DNA from: a bacterium
GTDB lineage: Bacteria; Patescibacteriota; Microgenomatia; Curtissbacterales; GWA2-41-24
Length of the DNA: 64,000 bases
Assembly: GCA_021813125.1 (NCBI GenBank)
Contig: JAKALT010000002.1
Coordinates: 11,424 to 75,423 of the forward strand
Direction: 5' to 3'
The notes under the pieces were generated by a model, which was given only the letters and a program-made list of their open reading frames with translations, was not told the origin of the DNA and searched no databases. Positions within the stretch are counted from its first letter, which is position 1; every line of letters starts with the position of its first letter. Both the position numbers and the translations under genes were made by a program. Shown here in pieces: positions 1 to 7,714 of this stretch.

Positions 1-1424
1 AAAATACTTGCATTCAACCTTACCTTTCGAGCCTCTTCAGCTTTTATATGTCTACCTGTGACTGTAAATGCAGTTCTGTCTCCTTGAGAAACAAGGCTTG
101 GATAAGGACAGTCTTCGTTGCACCCTTCGCTCTCTTTGACATCCATGCAACCAGTAACAAAATGATAATTTTGCTCTCCGATATTAGAAATATCTTGTGG
201 AGCAATAACCATTGATAAAAACTGTAAAATCTGCATAGAAGCAGTTGATAAACTAAAAGCAAACACATTTTCATTTCGTTTGATGGGATGTTCATCAGGC
301 AAAGAACTAATATAAGTTGGGTCATCTAAATAACCTTCCCGTTCCACCGATACCAACCCAGGATCATATTGCTTGAGACATTCTAAACATTTTCTTGTCG
401 GTCCAACGATATGAGCTTTCCAATCCGCCCCCTTTAGAATTCCTTTAGGGCTAACACTTACAGTTATCCCTCCATCTATAATTGGGATTAAGTGAGCATA
501 GGCAATAAAATTTAACACACTTCTAGCCCAAGGTCGGTCAACACAACTGAATATTACATCGCAATCAAGAGCTTCCCTAAAACCATCTTCTTCAACAACG
601 CTATATTCTAGTGACTCAGCTGTAAAATCGGTTGATGTTGCGTTTTTCCGAATCGCACGTGCCACAACATTCACTTTAGACTTACCTACATCTTCTCTGG
701 TCGCATGTAATAATCTGTCTAAGTTAACAAGTTCAACGCTATCAAAGTCAATCAATTTGATGTTTGCTATCCCCATTCTAGCGATTGACTCGGCTACCAT
801 AGACCCAACGCTGCCAACACCGATAATCCCGACTTGTATTCTTGCCAGATCAGCTTGTTTATTCTCTCCCCAAGCAGAAATAGTGCGCTCTAACTCTCTT
901 CTAAACTCTGGTTTAGGTAAAAGCTGTTCATTAAAAGTAATATTCAGCGCGTCACCTATAATTCTTACGGTTTTACACCAAAATCTTTCATATGTTCGAG
1001 GTTTAATTTTTTCCCAAAATCTTGCACTCCATGCCCCATCAGTACCAAGAGTTAACCCAACTAAGGGAAACCGAGTGGCCCCCCTTGTAGGTGCAGCATG
1101 GTTTAATTCTGCAAAAAAATCATCTCTGCTCATGTCTTGCCAGCCGGGACTAGTATGGCTATGCATAAACGCTAAACAGGCATTCTTTGAAGATGCTATA
1201 GAAAGAGCCCTTTCGAAGTAGCCAGGCAGAAAACCTGCGTTCTTATGTAGCACATGTTCTCCCTTCTCAGGAAGGATAAGTTCTCTAATAAGTGCAGTTT
1301 CCCTATTACGTCCGATGCTTGGATACCATATAGCAAAACACAAATTTTCTTGTCCGTCTTTCCTCAGCAAGTGTTCTAAAGCCTGTTTGTGAATGTCAGA
1401 AGGAATCGCTACGCTATAATTCAT
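1..1424 (-). CDS. JAB/MPN (JAMM) metalloprotease domain fused to E1-like ThiF/MoeB adenylyltransferase domain; C-terminus truncated by window edge
   Basis: Manual minus-strand translation from the ATG at 1424 is open to position 1 with no stop, so the track omits it because the stop lies outside the window. The N-terminus carries a JAMM-like E...HSH-x8-S-x2-D motif (QENLCFAIW ... MHSHTSPGWQDMSRDD). It is followed by a glycine-rich GIIGVGSVGS (GxGxxG) nucleotide-binding loop, IDFDSVELVNLDR, and two CxxC pairs (CLEC ... CNEDC) typical of MoeB/ThiF/E1 zinc sites. The start overlaps the upstream gene's stop (ATGA). Confidence 0.7.
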   Translation of the reverse strand, partial: MNYSVAIPSDIHKQALEHLLRKDGQENLCFAIWYPSIGRNRETALIRELILPEKGEHVLHKNAGFLPGYFERALSIASSKNACLAFMHSHTSPGWQDMSRDDFFAELNHAAPTRGATRFPLVGLTLGTDGAWSARFWEKIKPRTYERFWCKTVRIIGDALNITFNEQLLPKPEFRRELERTISAWGENKQADLARIQVGIIGVGSVGSMVAESIARMGIANIKLIDFDSVELVNLDRLLHATREDVGKSKVNVVARAIRKNATSTDFTAESLEYSVVEEDGFREALDCDVIFSCVDRPWARSVLNFIAYAHLIPIIDGGITVSVSPKGILKGADWKAHIVGPTRKCLECLKQYDPGLVSVEREGYLDDPTYISSLPDEHPIKRNENVFAFSLSTASMQILQFLSMVIAPQDISNIGEQNYHFVTGCMDVKESEGCNEDCPYPSLVSQGDRTAFTVTGRHIKAEEARKVRLNASI

Positions 1425-1789
1425 TGAGTTGAAAAAAGATGACGGACATATCTCATATAATCCCTAACAGCTCTTTTAGTTTTAGCCCATTCCCCGGGAG
1501 GGAAGGGTCTGCTCCAGTATTCCCAGTCGGGTCCAAAATTAGGACTCTCTGCAACTCTTGCGGGATGACTTGTCTCATTTGGATTAATTGGTAGGATTCT
1601 AGGCGACACATGAAGACCGCCTGGAGGGTTTAAATTCCAGTCTTGCGGAACATCAAGACCTAGTTTTATCGATTGGTCTTTAAATTTTCCATCTAACACA
1701 ACATAATCAAACACAATTTTATTATCGTTTAACACCTCAGCTTGGTAGCCTAGTGTATTAAGCTCATCGATAAATTCCTGTGTTGGCAT
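1421..1789 (-). CDS. UBC-fold E2-like protein with no cysteine (UEV-like, predicted catalytically inactive E2)
   Basis: 122 aa. An N-terminal helix, a PPGGLHV flap, then SHPAR...DWEYWSRP resembling the HPN...W-S-P core of E2/UBC. The sequence contains no Cys at all. It is translationally coupled in the operon: it starts 3 nt after the Ubl-like gene's stop and overlaps the downstream gene (ATGA). Confidence 0.4.
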   Translation of the reverse strand: MPTQEFIDELNTLGYQAEVLNDNKIVFDYVVLDGKFKDQSIKLGLDVPQDWNLNPPGGLHVSPRILPINPNETSHPARVAESPNFGPDWEYWSRPFPPGEWAKTKRAVRDYMRYVRHLFSTQ

Positions 1790-1792
1790 ACT

Positions 1793-2053
1793 TTAAGAAA
1801 CCGGCGTCTCGCCGGTAAACACCGAAATAAATTTCATTTTTTCATGCATGTGAATTGACTCATCCATCTTATCTTTGTAAGACTCTCTGTGATTACCTTG
1901 CATTTGGACTAAATAATGATTTTCAGGATCAATTCCAGCTTTTTCTAGTATCTGTCGTGGAGTTAATGTCTTTTCAGTAGTGTATTGCTCTTCGTCGTCA
2001 ACCATATATTCTATTTCTTTATTTTTAGGTTCATCGTTTGACATACTTTTCAA
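1793..2053 (-). CDS. small acidic protein, putative beta-grasp ubiquitin-like (Ubl) protein; C-terminus ...VFTGETPVS with no Gly-Gly
   Basis: 86 aa with a strong SD (GAGGAGG) about 9 nt upstream of the ATG. It is the first gene of a three-gene operon that contains E2-like and JAB-E1 genes. The segment LTPRQILEKAGIDPENHYLVQ is compatible with a beta-grasp fold. The call rests mainly on operon context. Confidence 0.3.
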   Translation of the reverse strand: MKSMSNDEPKNKEIEYMVDDEEQYTTEKTLTPRQILEKAGIDPENHYLVQMQGNHRESYKDKMDESIHMHEKMKFISVFTGETPVS

Positions 2054-2092
2054 CCTCCTCTCTGTTCAATTTTGCAGTTGCTTTCAGTGAAT

Positions 2093-2130
2093 TTGACATT
2101 AAGGTTAATATACCATAAACTGTAAGGTAT
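2093..2130 (+). promoter_or_regulatory. candidate sigma70-like promoter (TTGACA-17-TAAACT) for the LexA-paralog operon, overlapped by inverted repeat ATACC-N11-GGTAT (2110-2130) as candidate operator
   Basis: TTGACA at 2093-2098, a 17-nt spacer, TAAACT at 2116-2121. The 5-bp inverted arms at 2110-2114 and 2126-2130 straddle the -10. This sits in the divergent intergenic region between the Ubl operon and the lexA-like gene. Confidence 0.3.
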
Positions 2131-2147
2131 CAACAATAGTTAAGTGT

Positions 2148-2750
2148 ATGCTTCCACCAAAGCAAAAAGCGGTTTACGATTTTATAAAAAAATTCCAAGT
2201 TGAACATGGGTTTGGGCCAACTCTAGATGAAATAGCGACCAAACTCAAAAAAACAGTTCCCACGATTCACCAACACGTGCAAGCACTGAGAGCTAAAGGC
2301 TTCCTAAAACAAGTTGGAGTTGTCGCCAGAAGTATATCAACATTTGATTCAAACGAGGAGGTGAGTGAGATTCCTCTTTTGGGCTATGTTTCAGCCGGTA
2401 GTGGTATTGAGAATATTGAAAATCCAGAAACCATAAAGGTTCAGAATTCTATGATTTCTCCCCAAGGGGCTCACTTCGCCCTGATCGTGAAAGGAACTTC
2501 AATGATAGAAGACGGGATATTTCCTGAAGATATAATCGTGGTAAAACGCCAAAACTTCGCTGATAATGGAGACGTCGTTGTGGCTTTGACAGGTTCTCAG
2601 GATAGAGCACTTGCCACTGTCAAGCGGTTTTACAACCAAGGCGATAAAATTGAACTAAGGCCCAAAAATCCAATACTGCCCTCAGTTTTTTACGATCCAG
2701 GCCAAATAGAAATTAGAGGAAAATTTGTTGGGTTAATTAGAAGAGCTTAA
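2148..2750 (+). CDS. LexA-family repressor paralog (wHTH plus S24 autopeptidase), first gene of the R-M operon
   Basis: The N-terminus has a LexA-type winged HTH (GPTLDEIATKLKK...HVQALRAKGFL). The C-terminus has S24 catalytic motifs: VKGTSM (Ser) and VVKRQ (Lys). It is separated from dcm by 18 bp. Confidence 0.8.
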   Translation: MLPPKQKAVYDFIKKFQVEHGFGPTLDEIATKLKKTVPTIHQHVQALRAKGFLKQVGVVARSISTFDSNEEVSEIPLLGYVSAGSGIENIENPETIKVQNSMISPQGAHFALIVKGTSMIEDGIFPEDIIVVKRQNFADNGDVVVALTGSQDRALATVKRFYNQGDKIELRPKNPILPSVFYDPGQIEIRGKFVGLIRRA

Positions 2751-2768
2751 CTTGTTATTATTATAACT

Positions 2769-3806
2769 ATGAAAAAGTATTCTGTCATTTCTTTGTTTAC
2801 TGGTTGCGGCGGCCTTGATTTGGGATTCGTTGGTGGCTTCACTTTTATGAACAAGCTTTATCCAAAAAGCAATTTTGAAATTATTTGGGCCAATGACATT
2901 GATAAACCCTCTTGTCAAACCTTTAGCAATTACTTCGACCATGACATTGTTTGCGGAGATATCACCCAAATTCTTGACGGTAACCCGAACTCATTTTTTG
3001 ATAAACCCTTGCCAGAACATGCCGACATAGTTATTGGTGGTTTTCCTTGCCAAGATTTTAGCCACGCTGGCAAAAGAAAAGGCTTTAACGCTAAAAGAGG
3101 TCTACTTTATCAGAGTATGTGTGAGGTTGTGAGACGCACAAAACCTATCTTGTTTGTCGCTGAAAATGTAAAGGGGCTGACGACCATGGATGATGGGAGA
3201 GCTTTAAAAACTATTATTAATGACTTTGAAAAGTTAGGATACAACGTTACCTACAAATTATTAACCGCCGCAGACTATGGAGTTCCTCAAATTAGAGAAA
3301 GAGTCATTATCGTTGGGACACGAAAAGAGAGTCTTCCCCTCTTTGAACACCCAAAGCCAATTCTAGATAAAAATGAGTGGGTTACACTTAAAGAGGCTAT
3401 TGGCGATTTAGAAAATGTTCCTGAAGGGGCGGTAGCTAACCATTATTGGTCTAAAGCTAAGATGTTTCCAGGAACGCAAGGGAACACTTTTGTTTCCCCT
3501 GATAAGCCTGGTCCAACGATGAGAACGGAGCATCATGGTAATATCGAATGGCATTGGAATAAAAAAAGAAGATTATCGGCCAGAGAAGCGGCAAGGATTC
3601 AATCTTTTCCTGACGATTTCGTTTTTTACCCTTCGACTTCATCAGCTTATAAACAAATTGGTAACGCCGTTCCACCGGTATTAGCCTGGCACGTCGCTAG
3701 AGCAATTGAAAAGTTTCTTAATAAAAACGTTGAAAAAAGTAAGGTTGAATCCAGCCCATCCCTTGATAGACTACTTGCCACTCAAACTGAAGCCAGAACT
3801 TTATGA
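2769..3806 (+). CDS. dcm: DNA (cytosine-5)-methyltransferase
   Basis: Motif I FTGCGGLDLGF, motif IV GFPCQDFS, motif VI ENVKGL, and the C-terminal QIGNAVP. Confidence 0.9.
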   Translation: MKKYSVISLFTGCGGLDLGFVGGFTFMNKLYPKSNFEIIWANDIDKPSCQTFSNYFDHDIVCGDITQILDGNPNSFFDKPLPEHADIVIGGFPCQDFSHAGKRKGFNAKRGLLYQSMCEVVRRTKPILFVAENVKGLTTMDDGRALKTIINDFEKLGYNVTYKLLTAADYGVPQIRERVIIVGTRKESLPLFEHPKPILDKNEWVTLKEAIGDLENVPEGAVANHYWSKAKMFPGTQGNTFVSPDKPGPTMRTEHHGNIEWHWNKKRRLSAREAARIQSFPDDFVFYPSTSSAYKQIGNAVPPVLAWHVARAIEKFLNKNVEKSKVESSPSLDRLLATQTEARTL

Positions 3807-4867
3807 TTGTTATAGATGATCCCAACATACTTCAAGAGAGCTTCTTACGGCTCTTGGAAAATACTAAAACTCACACTCTTGACGAACTTGTCGCTTTAGG
3901 AGGAAAAGCTAAAAAACTTAATGGTGATGAATTTGAAAATATCGTTTATAACAGTAGTTTAACTGCCTCAAAGAAAACTGAGTTTGAGGGTCACGTGATT
4001 CACACAGGTCCTCACGCTTTTCCTGATATCATAGCGAAAAAATACTTCGGGATTGAAGTAAAAATGACGACTGGTGATAAGTGGGTTTCCACCGGGAACA
4101 GTATTTTGGAAAGCACGAGAGTCGATGAGGTTGAGAAGATCTACATGTTTTTTGGCAAATTCGGTGGAGGCATAGATATTCGCTACAGGAATTATCAGGA
4201 TTGCTTATACGATATCGGTGTTACTCACTCACCTCGATACAAGATTGACATGGATTTAGTTGAGGGAAATTCAATTTTCGACAAAATGGGAGTTTCCTAC
4301 GAGGAGCTTCGAAAAGAAAATAACCCCATAAATAAGATTAAGGACTACTATCGGAATCAATTGAAAGATGGCGAAGAGTTGTGGTGGATTGACGCTCAGG
4401 TAGAAGACAAAACGGTAAGCCCCATCATTAAACCCTTTCGGTTATTGAGTCGAGAAGATCAAAAAAATTTCATTACCGAGGCAATGATTCTTTTTCCTGA
4501 GATATTCGGAAAGAGCGTCACTAAGTACGAAAGACCAGCGGCTTACCTTATCACAAAATATAACTCCGTGTCCTCCAGTTTAAGAGATATATTCACGGCT
4601 GGTGGCCAGGTAGAGCTATCCGTCATGGGTAAAAAAGTGATAGTCCCAAGGATATTCGCCCACTTGCTAGAAGAAGCTAAGAATATCCAGCGTAAAATCG
4701 CAGAGTTAAATGTGAATGATTTAGCGTACTACTGGAGAACGCAACGAATAGATGAGCCTCGTGTTGATCAGTGGAAACAGTTAGTCAATCAAGAAACGGG
4801 TGGACAACTTGATGGTTTAACTGCCTCCAGTATTTACGAATGGGGACTAAAAGAAGACGAAAAATAA
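3803..4867 (+). CDS. putative type II restriction endonuclease (PD-(D/E)xK) cognate to the C5-methyltransferase
   Basis: It overlaps the dcm stop (ATGA). FPDIIAKKYFGIEVKMT fits the PD...E-x-K nuclease motif. Its position lies between the MTase and vsr. Confidence 0.5.
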   Translation: MIVIDDPNILQESFLRLLENTKTHTLDELVALGGKAKKLNGDEFENIVYNSSLTASKKTEFEGHVIHTGPHAFPDIIAKKYFGIEVKMTTGDKWVSTGNSILESTRVDEVEKIYMFFGKFGGGIDIRYRNYQDCLYDIGVTHSPRYKIDMDLVEGNSIFDKMGVSYEELRKENNPINKIKDYYRNQLKDGEELWWIDAQVEDKTVSPIIKPFRLLSREDQKNFITEAMILFPEIFGKSVTKYERPAAYLITKYNSVSSSLRDIFTAGGQVELSVMGKKVIVPRIFAHLLEEAKNIQRKIAELNVNDLAYYWRTQRIDEPRVDQWKQLVNQETGGQLDGLTASSIYEWGLKEDEK

Positions 4868-5307
4868 AAAATTACGCCGGACGTGACTACAAAAAAGAAA
4901 GGGTGCCGGATAAACAATCTCCATTGTCTCGATCGGCTCAAATGTCCAAGATTCGGTCTAAAGACACTAAGTTTGAGGAAGATTTTATAAACACCTTGAA
5001 AGGCATATACGACAAGAACTTTCTAACCCACGTCCGCTCGGTCAAAGGTAACCCAGATATAGTTTTTAGTGAAAAGAAATTGTGCTTGTTTTTAGATAGC
5101 GACTTTTGGCATGGTTGGCAATATCCTAGGTGGAAACACTTACTGAAAGATGATTTTTGGAGAAGTAAAATCGAAAATAATAGGCAGAGGGACGTTAAAG
5201 TAACGAGATTTTTGAGAAAGAGTGGTTGGAGAGTTATAAGAGTCTGGGAACACCAGTTAAAAGACAAAGATGCTGTTCTAGCGAAAATACGACAATCGCT
5301 CCAATAA
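4840..5307 (+). CDS. vsr: very short patch repair endonuclease (Vsr); true start may be the internal ATG at 4942
   Basis: MSKIRSKDTKFE ... GNPDIVF ... CLFLDSDFWHGW ... WRSKIENNRQRD ... GWRVIRVWEHQL matches Vsr family signatures. The first 34 codons overlap the REase 3' end. Confidence 0.85.
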   Translation: MGTKRRRKIKNYAGRDYKKERVPDKQSPLSRSAQMSKIRSKDTKFEEDFINTLKGIYDKNFLTHVRSVKGNPDIVFSEKKLCLFLDSDFWHGWQYPRWKHLLKDDFWRSKIENNRQRDVKVTRFLRKSGWRVIRVWEHQLKDKDAVLAKIRQSLQ

Positions 5308-5338
5308 AAATTTGATCAATAAATTCTAAGGATTGGTC

Positions 5339-7036
5339 CTACTTTGATTTACTCTTTGAAGCTTGTTTATCATCTTCGGGAGGTATTTCGCCTATTTGTG
5401 CTACATGACCGCTTATGTTCAGCGTCAGAATTGTTTTGTTCTCGTTCTTTTTTACTCTTGGATATTTTTTGAGGAATTCTCGGTTCTCACTTAGCAGATA
5501 AATGGTTTCATAAACTGAGCCGTTTGTTCTCCTTAAATCTCTGCCATGTAATAATCCTTCTCTTCGTATTTTTTTAACGGAAGAGGGATGGATATTATGC
5601 CTTGAATTTAATTGCGAATGTGAAATCCACTCATCTTCGTTATCGAACAGGTGTTTCTTTAGTTGGGGTATAACTCCTTCCTTAATGTTGCGCCAACAAT
5701 CCGCGCAGCGGATACCCTCTAAGTTCCACCAGATTTCGTTGCCATAATGGCCTTCGTAGCAAATTCCACAGTTGTAATAGCCATCCGCATCAAGGAAAAA
5801 TCCATCCGGCTCTTTTTCCAGCCTTCTTTTTCTCACGGCATCAATTCCTTCCTGCTCACCTCGCATTTGCGCAAGCTTCACCCAACTGCTGGTACTGTAT
5901 TTCATTCGCTTTTCAGGGTCTAGCGCTATTGGTTGCTCTTTTTTCCCTTCGTAAAGCTTTAGCAAATCCTCTTCGCGTTCATATCCCTTTAGCCTTCCAG
6001 AAAGAACACCGAGTCGATAACTCACGTTATCCATAAGTCGCCAGTTAGTATTTCCTAACTCATTTTTAAGGAGCTTCTCAAGTGTACTTACACTTATGTT
6101 TTCTCTTCGTGAGGCTTCGGCATCCTGCAACGTAAACGGAACGAAAATAAATTGTCCTATTTCCGGAGCAGAAAAGGAAAGCTTCACATAGTTCGCCTTT
6201 CCCAATATATCCGTTAAGCGTTTTTCCAGCTCAACAATAGTTAACTTTTTAAGCCTGCTGACTTGCTGGTAAGCGCTGTTATCATATTTTTGCTTTGTTT
6301 CATCATGAACAAGTTTAGCGTATTCCATTGCCTCCAGTTCAAACAGGTACTTTTCTCCTTGCTCATCTGTTAAGCAAAAGGCGGTTCTGTACTTTTCCAA
6401 CAGCTCTTTATCTGCCTGTTCTTTTTGCTGATACTCTTTATGGTTCATTTCAAAGTCATCCACTTCAGTTTCGGTATAGCCACAGAACTTACATTTTCTC
6501 GTCCAGGTTATAATTTTTCCTTGCTTTGCTTTTGTATGCTTTACTTCAATTTCTCTGTTGCATTTAGGGCAAAGGTCGGGCTTCGATTGTCTTATTTGGC
6601 CGTTTTCGTAAACCCATTCTTGTTTTTTGCACTTGGTACAGCGAAAAAGAAATATGACCCGCATTGGCTGGTCGGTATAATCTTCAAGATGCTTAGTCTC
6701 GGTTGCTTGCATTATTGCTTTGCATGATGGGCAGTAGATACTTTGGGGTTCAACTGCACTGTCATACTTTTCCTGTTTAATTCTGTCTGCATCCATCCAT
6801 TTTTTAAGCGTTTCCTTCTTGCTTTTGTATTCCTGAGCCTGAGTTAACCATAATTGCCAATACATCAGTTTTGTCGTGTTACTGTATTTATCCTGCTTTG
6901 ATATTCCTTTAAACTCTTTACTGGTTAAGCCTTTCTGGTAAATGTCTTCGAACATTTCAACAATCTTGAGACACTCTTTTATCGTTAAAAGATCGTAACG
7001 GTCAATATAATTTTGCTCGTTTTGCAAATAATCCAT
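5339..7036 (-). CDS. large (565 aa) protein with multiple CxxC zinc-ribbon motifs, unknown function
   Basis: CPSCK...CTKCK and CPKCN...CKFCG zinc ribbons, a coiled-coil-like middle, and a C-terminal CGIC-YEGHYGNEIWWN-...-CADC cluster. It is convergent with vsr and divergent from the XRE regulator. Confidence 0.55.
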   Translation of the reverse strand: MDYLQNEQNYIDRYDLLTIKECLKIVEMFEDIYQKGLTSKEFKGISKQDKYSNTTKLMYWQLWLTQAQEYKSKKETLKKWMDADRIKQEKYDSAVEPQSIYCPSCKAIMQATETKHLEDYTDQPMRVIFLFRCTKCKKQEWVYENGQIRQSKPDLCPKCNREIEVKHTKAKQGKIITWTRKCKFCGYTETEVDDFEMNHKEYQQKEQADKELLEKYRTAFCLTDEQGEKYLFELEAMEYAKLVHDETKQKYDNSAYQQVSRLKKLTIVELEKRLTDILGKANYVKLSFSAPEIGQFIFVPFTLQDAEASRRENISVSTLEKLLKNELGNTNWRLMDNVSYRLGVLSGRLKGYEREEDLLKLYEGKKEQPIALDPEKRMKYSTSSWVKLAQMRGEQEGIDAVRKRRLEKEPDGFFLDADGYYNCGICYEGHYGNEIWWNLEGIRCADCWRNIKEGVIPQLKKHLFDNEDEWISHSQLNSRHNIHPSSVKKIRREGLLHGRDLRRTNGSVYETIYLLSENREFLKKYPRVKKNENKTILTLNISGHVAQIGEIPPEDDKQASKSKSK

Positions 7037-7130
7037 TAATCTCTGGTTAAATAAAATTTTAATAAATTACTTTACAGACATGATTATAATATAAAACTAT
7101 CTCTAAAGGTTGTATAATAAGACTTAAAAT

Positions 7131-7337
7131 ATGGTATCTAAAAACAGACTAGGTGAAAATCTAAAAAAAGCCAGACAGAAGGCAGGGCTATCACAAGTAC
7201 AGTTGGCCAAAAAAGCAAAAATACACGCAAATTATTACGCGCGGGTCGAACGTGGCGAAGTTAACCCTTCGGTTGAAATAGTGGAAAATATAGCCAAAGC
7301 TCTGAATGTAAAATCATCAGAGATATTACCCTTTTAA
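7131..7337 (+). CDS. XRE-family helix-turn-helix transcriptional regulator
   Basis: 68 aa with GLSQVQLAKKAKIHANYYARVERGE, a typical Cro/C1 HTH. Confidence 0.8.
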   Translation: MVSKNRLGENLKKARQKAGLSQVQLAKKAKIHANYYARVERGEVNPSVEIVENIAKALNVKSSEILPF

Positions 7338-7399
7338 TCTGAAAATTCAAAAAGAGCGTAATTGGATTGTCAGAACAGGTTATTTGTATCTTCCTGCGC

Positions 7400-7428
7400 T
7401 TGATAGGCTTCCATTAATTTGCTAAAAT
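7400..7428 (+). promoter_or_regulatory. candidate promoter TTGATA-17-TAAAAT upstream of tRNA-Arg
   Basis: The -35 is at 7400-7405 and the -10 at 7423-7428. The tRNA starts at 7484. Confidence 0.35.
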
Positions 7429-7483
7429 GAGCCAAGATCGGGAGTACAATTAGTTCAAAATAATTTGCGTCTCCCGCTCATTA

Positions 7484-7556
7484 GCCCGCGTAGCTCAACG
7501 GATAGAGCACTCGCGTTCTAAGCGATTGGTTGGGGGTTCGAATCCCTCCGCGGGCG
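7484..7556 (+). tRNA. tRNA-Arg (anticodon TCT)
   Basis: Hand-folded cloverleaf: acceptor GCCCGCG/CGCGGGC, D-arm GCTC-AACGGATA-GAGC, anticodon loop GTTCTAA, T-arm GGGGG-TTCGAAT-CCCTC. No CCA is encoded. Confidence 0.7.
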
Positions 7557-7633
7557 CTTACTTTTTCTTGTAAACTTCTTTTACTAAAAACAGTGAATGA
7601 GTAAAATGATTTTTGGTATAATTTGGTATGTTT

Positions 7634-7708
7634 GGTGGCTGTAGCTCAGTTGGTTAGAGCGCTGGCTTGTGGAGCCGGATGTCGGGGGTTCGAGTCCCCT
7701 CAGCCACC
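7634..7708 (+). tRNA. tRNA-His (anticodon GTG) with encoded G-1
   Basis: G-1 pairs with discriminator C. Acceptor GTGGCTG/CAGCCAC, anticodon stem CTGGC/GCCGG, loop TTGTGGA, T-loop TTCGAGT. An extended -10 (TGgTATAAT) lies about 12 nt upstream. Confidence 0.8.
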
Positions 7709-7714
7709 CATAAT

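Noticed and set aside
44-325. 93-aa minus-strand ORF in the track
   Set aside because: It lies in a different frame inside the long edge-truncated JAB-E1 gene (1-1424) and is low-complexity and hydrophobic. It is most likely spurious.
757-1221. 154-aa plus-strand ORF
   Set aside because: It is antisense to the JAB-E1 coding region. The minus-strand frame carries clear ThiF and JAMM motifs, so this is probably a chance ORF.
7484-7708. tRNA-Arg/His as the integration site of the island
   Set aside because: Both tRNAs are on the plus strand and the island lies on their 5' side. Classic integrase-mediated insertion occurs at tRNA 3' ends, so adjacency may be coincidental or the true att site is elsewhere.
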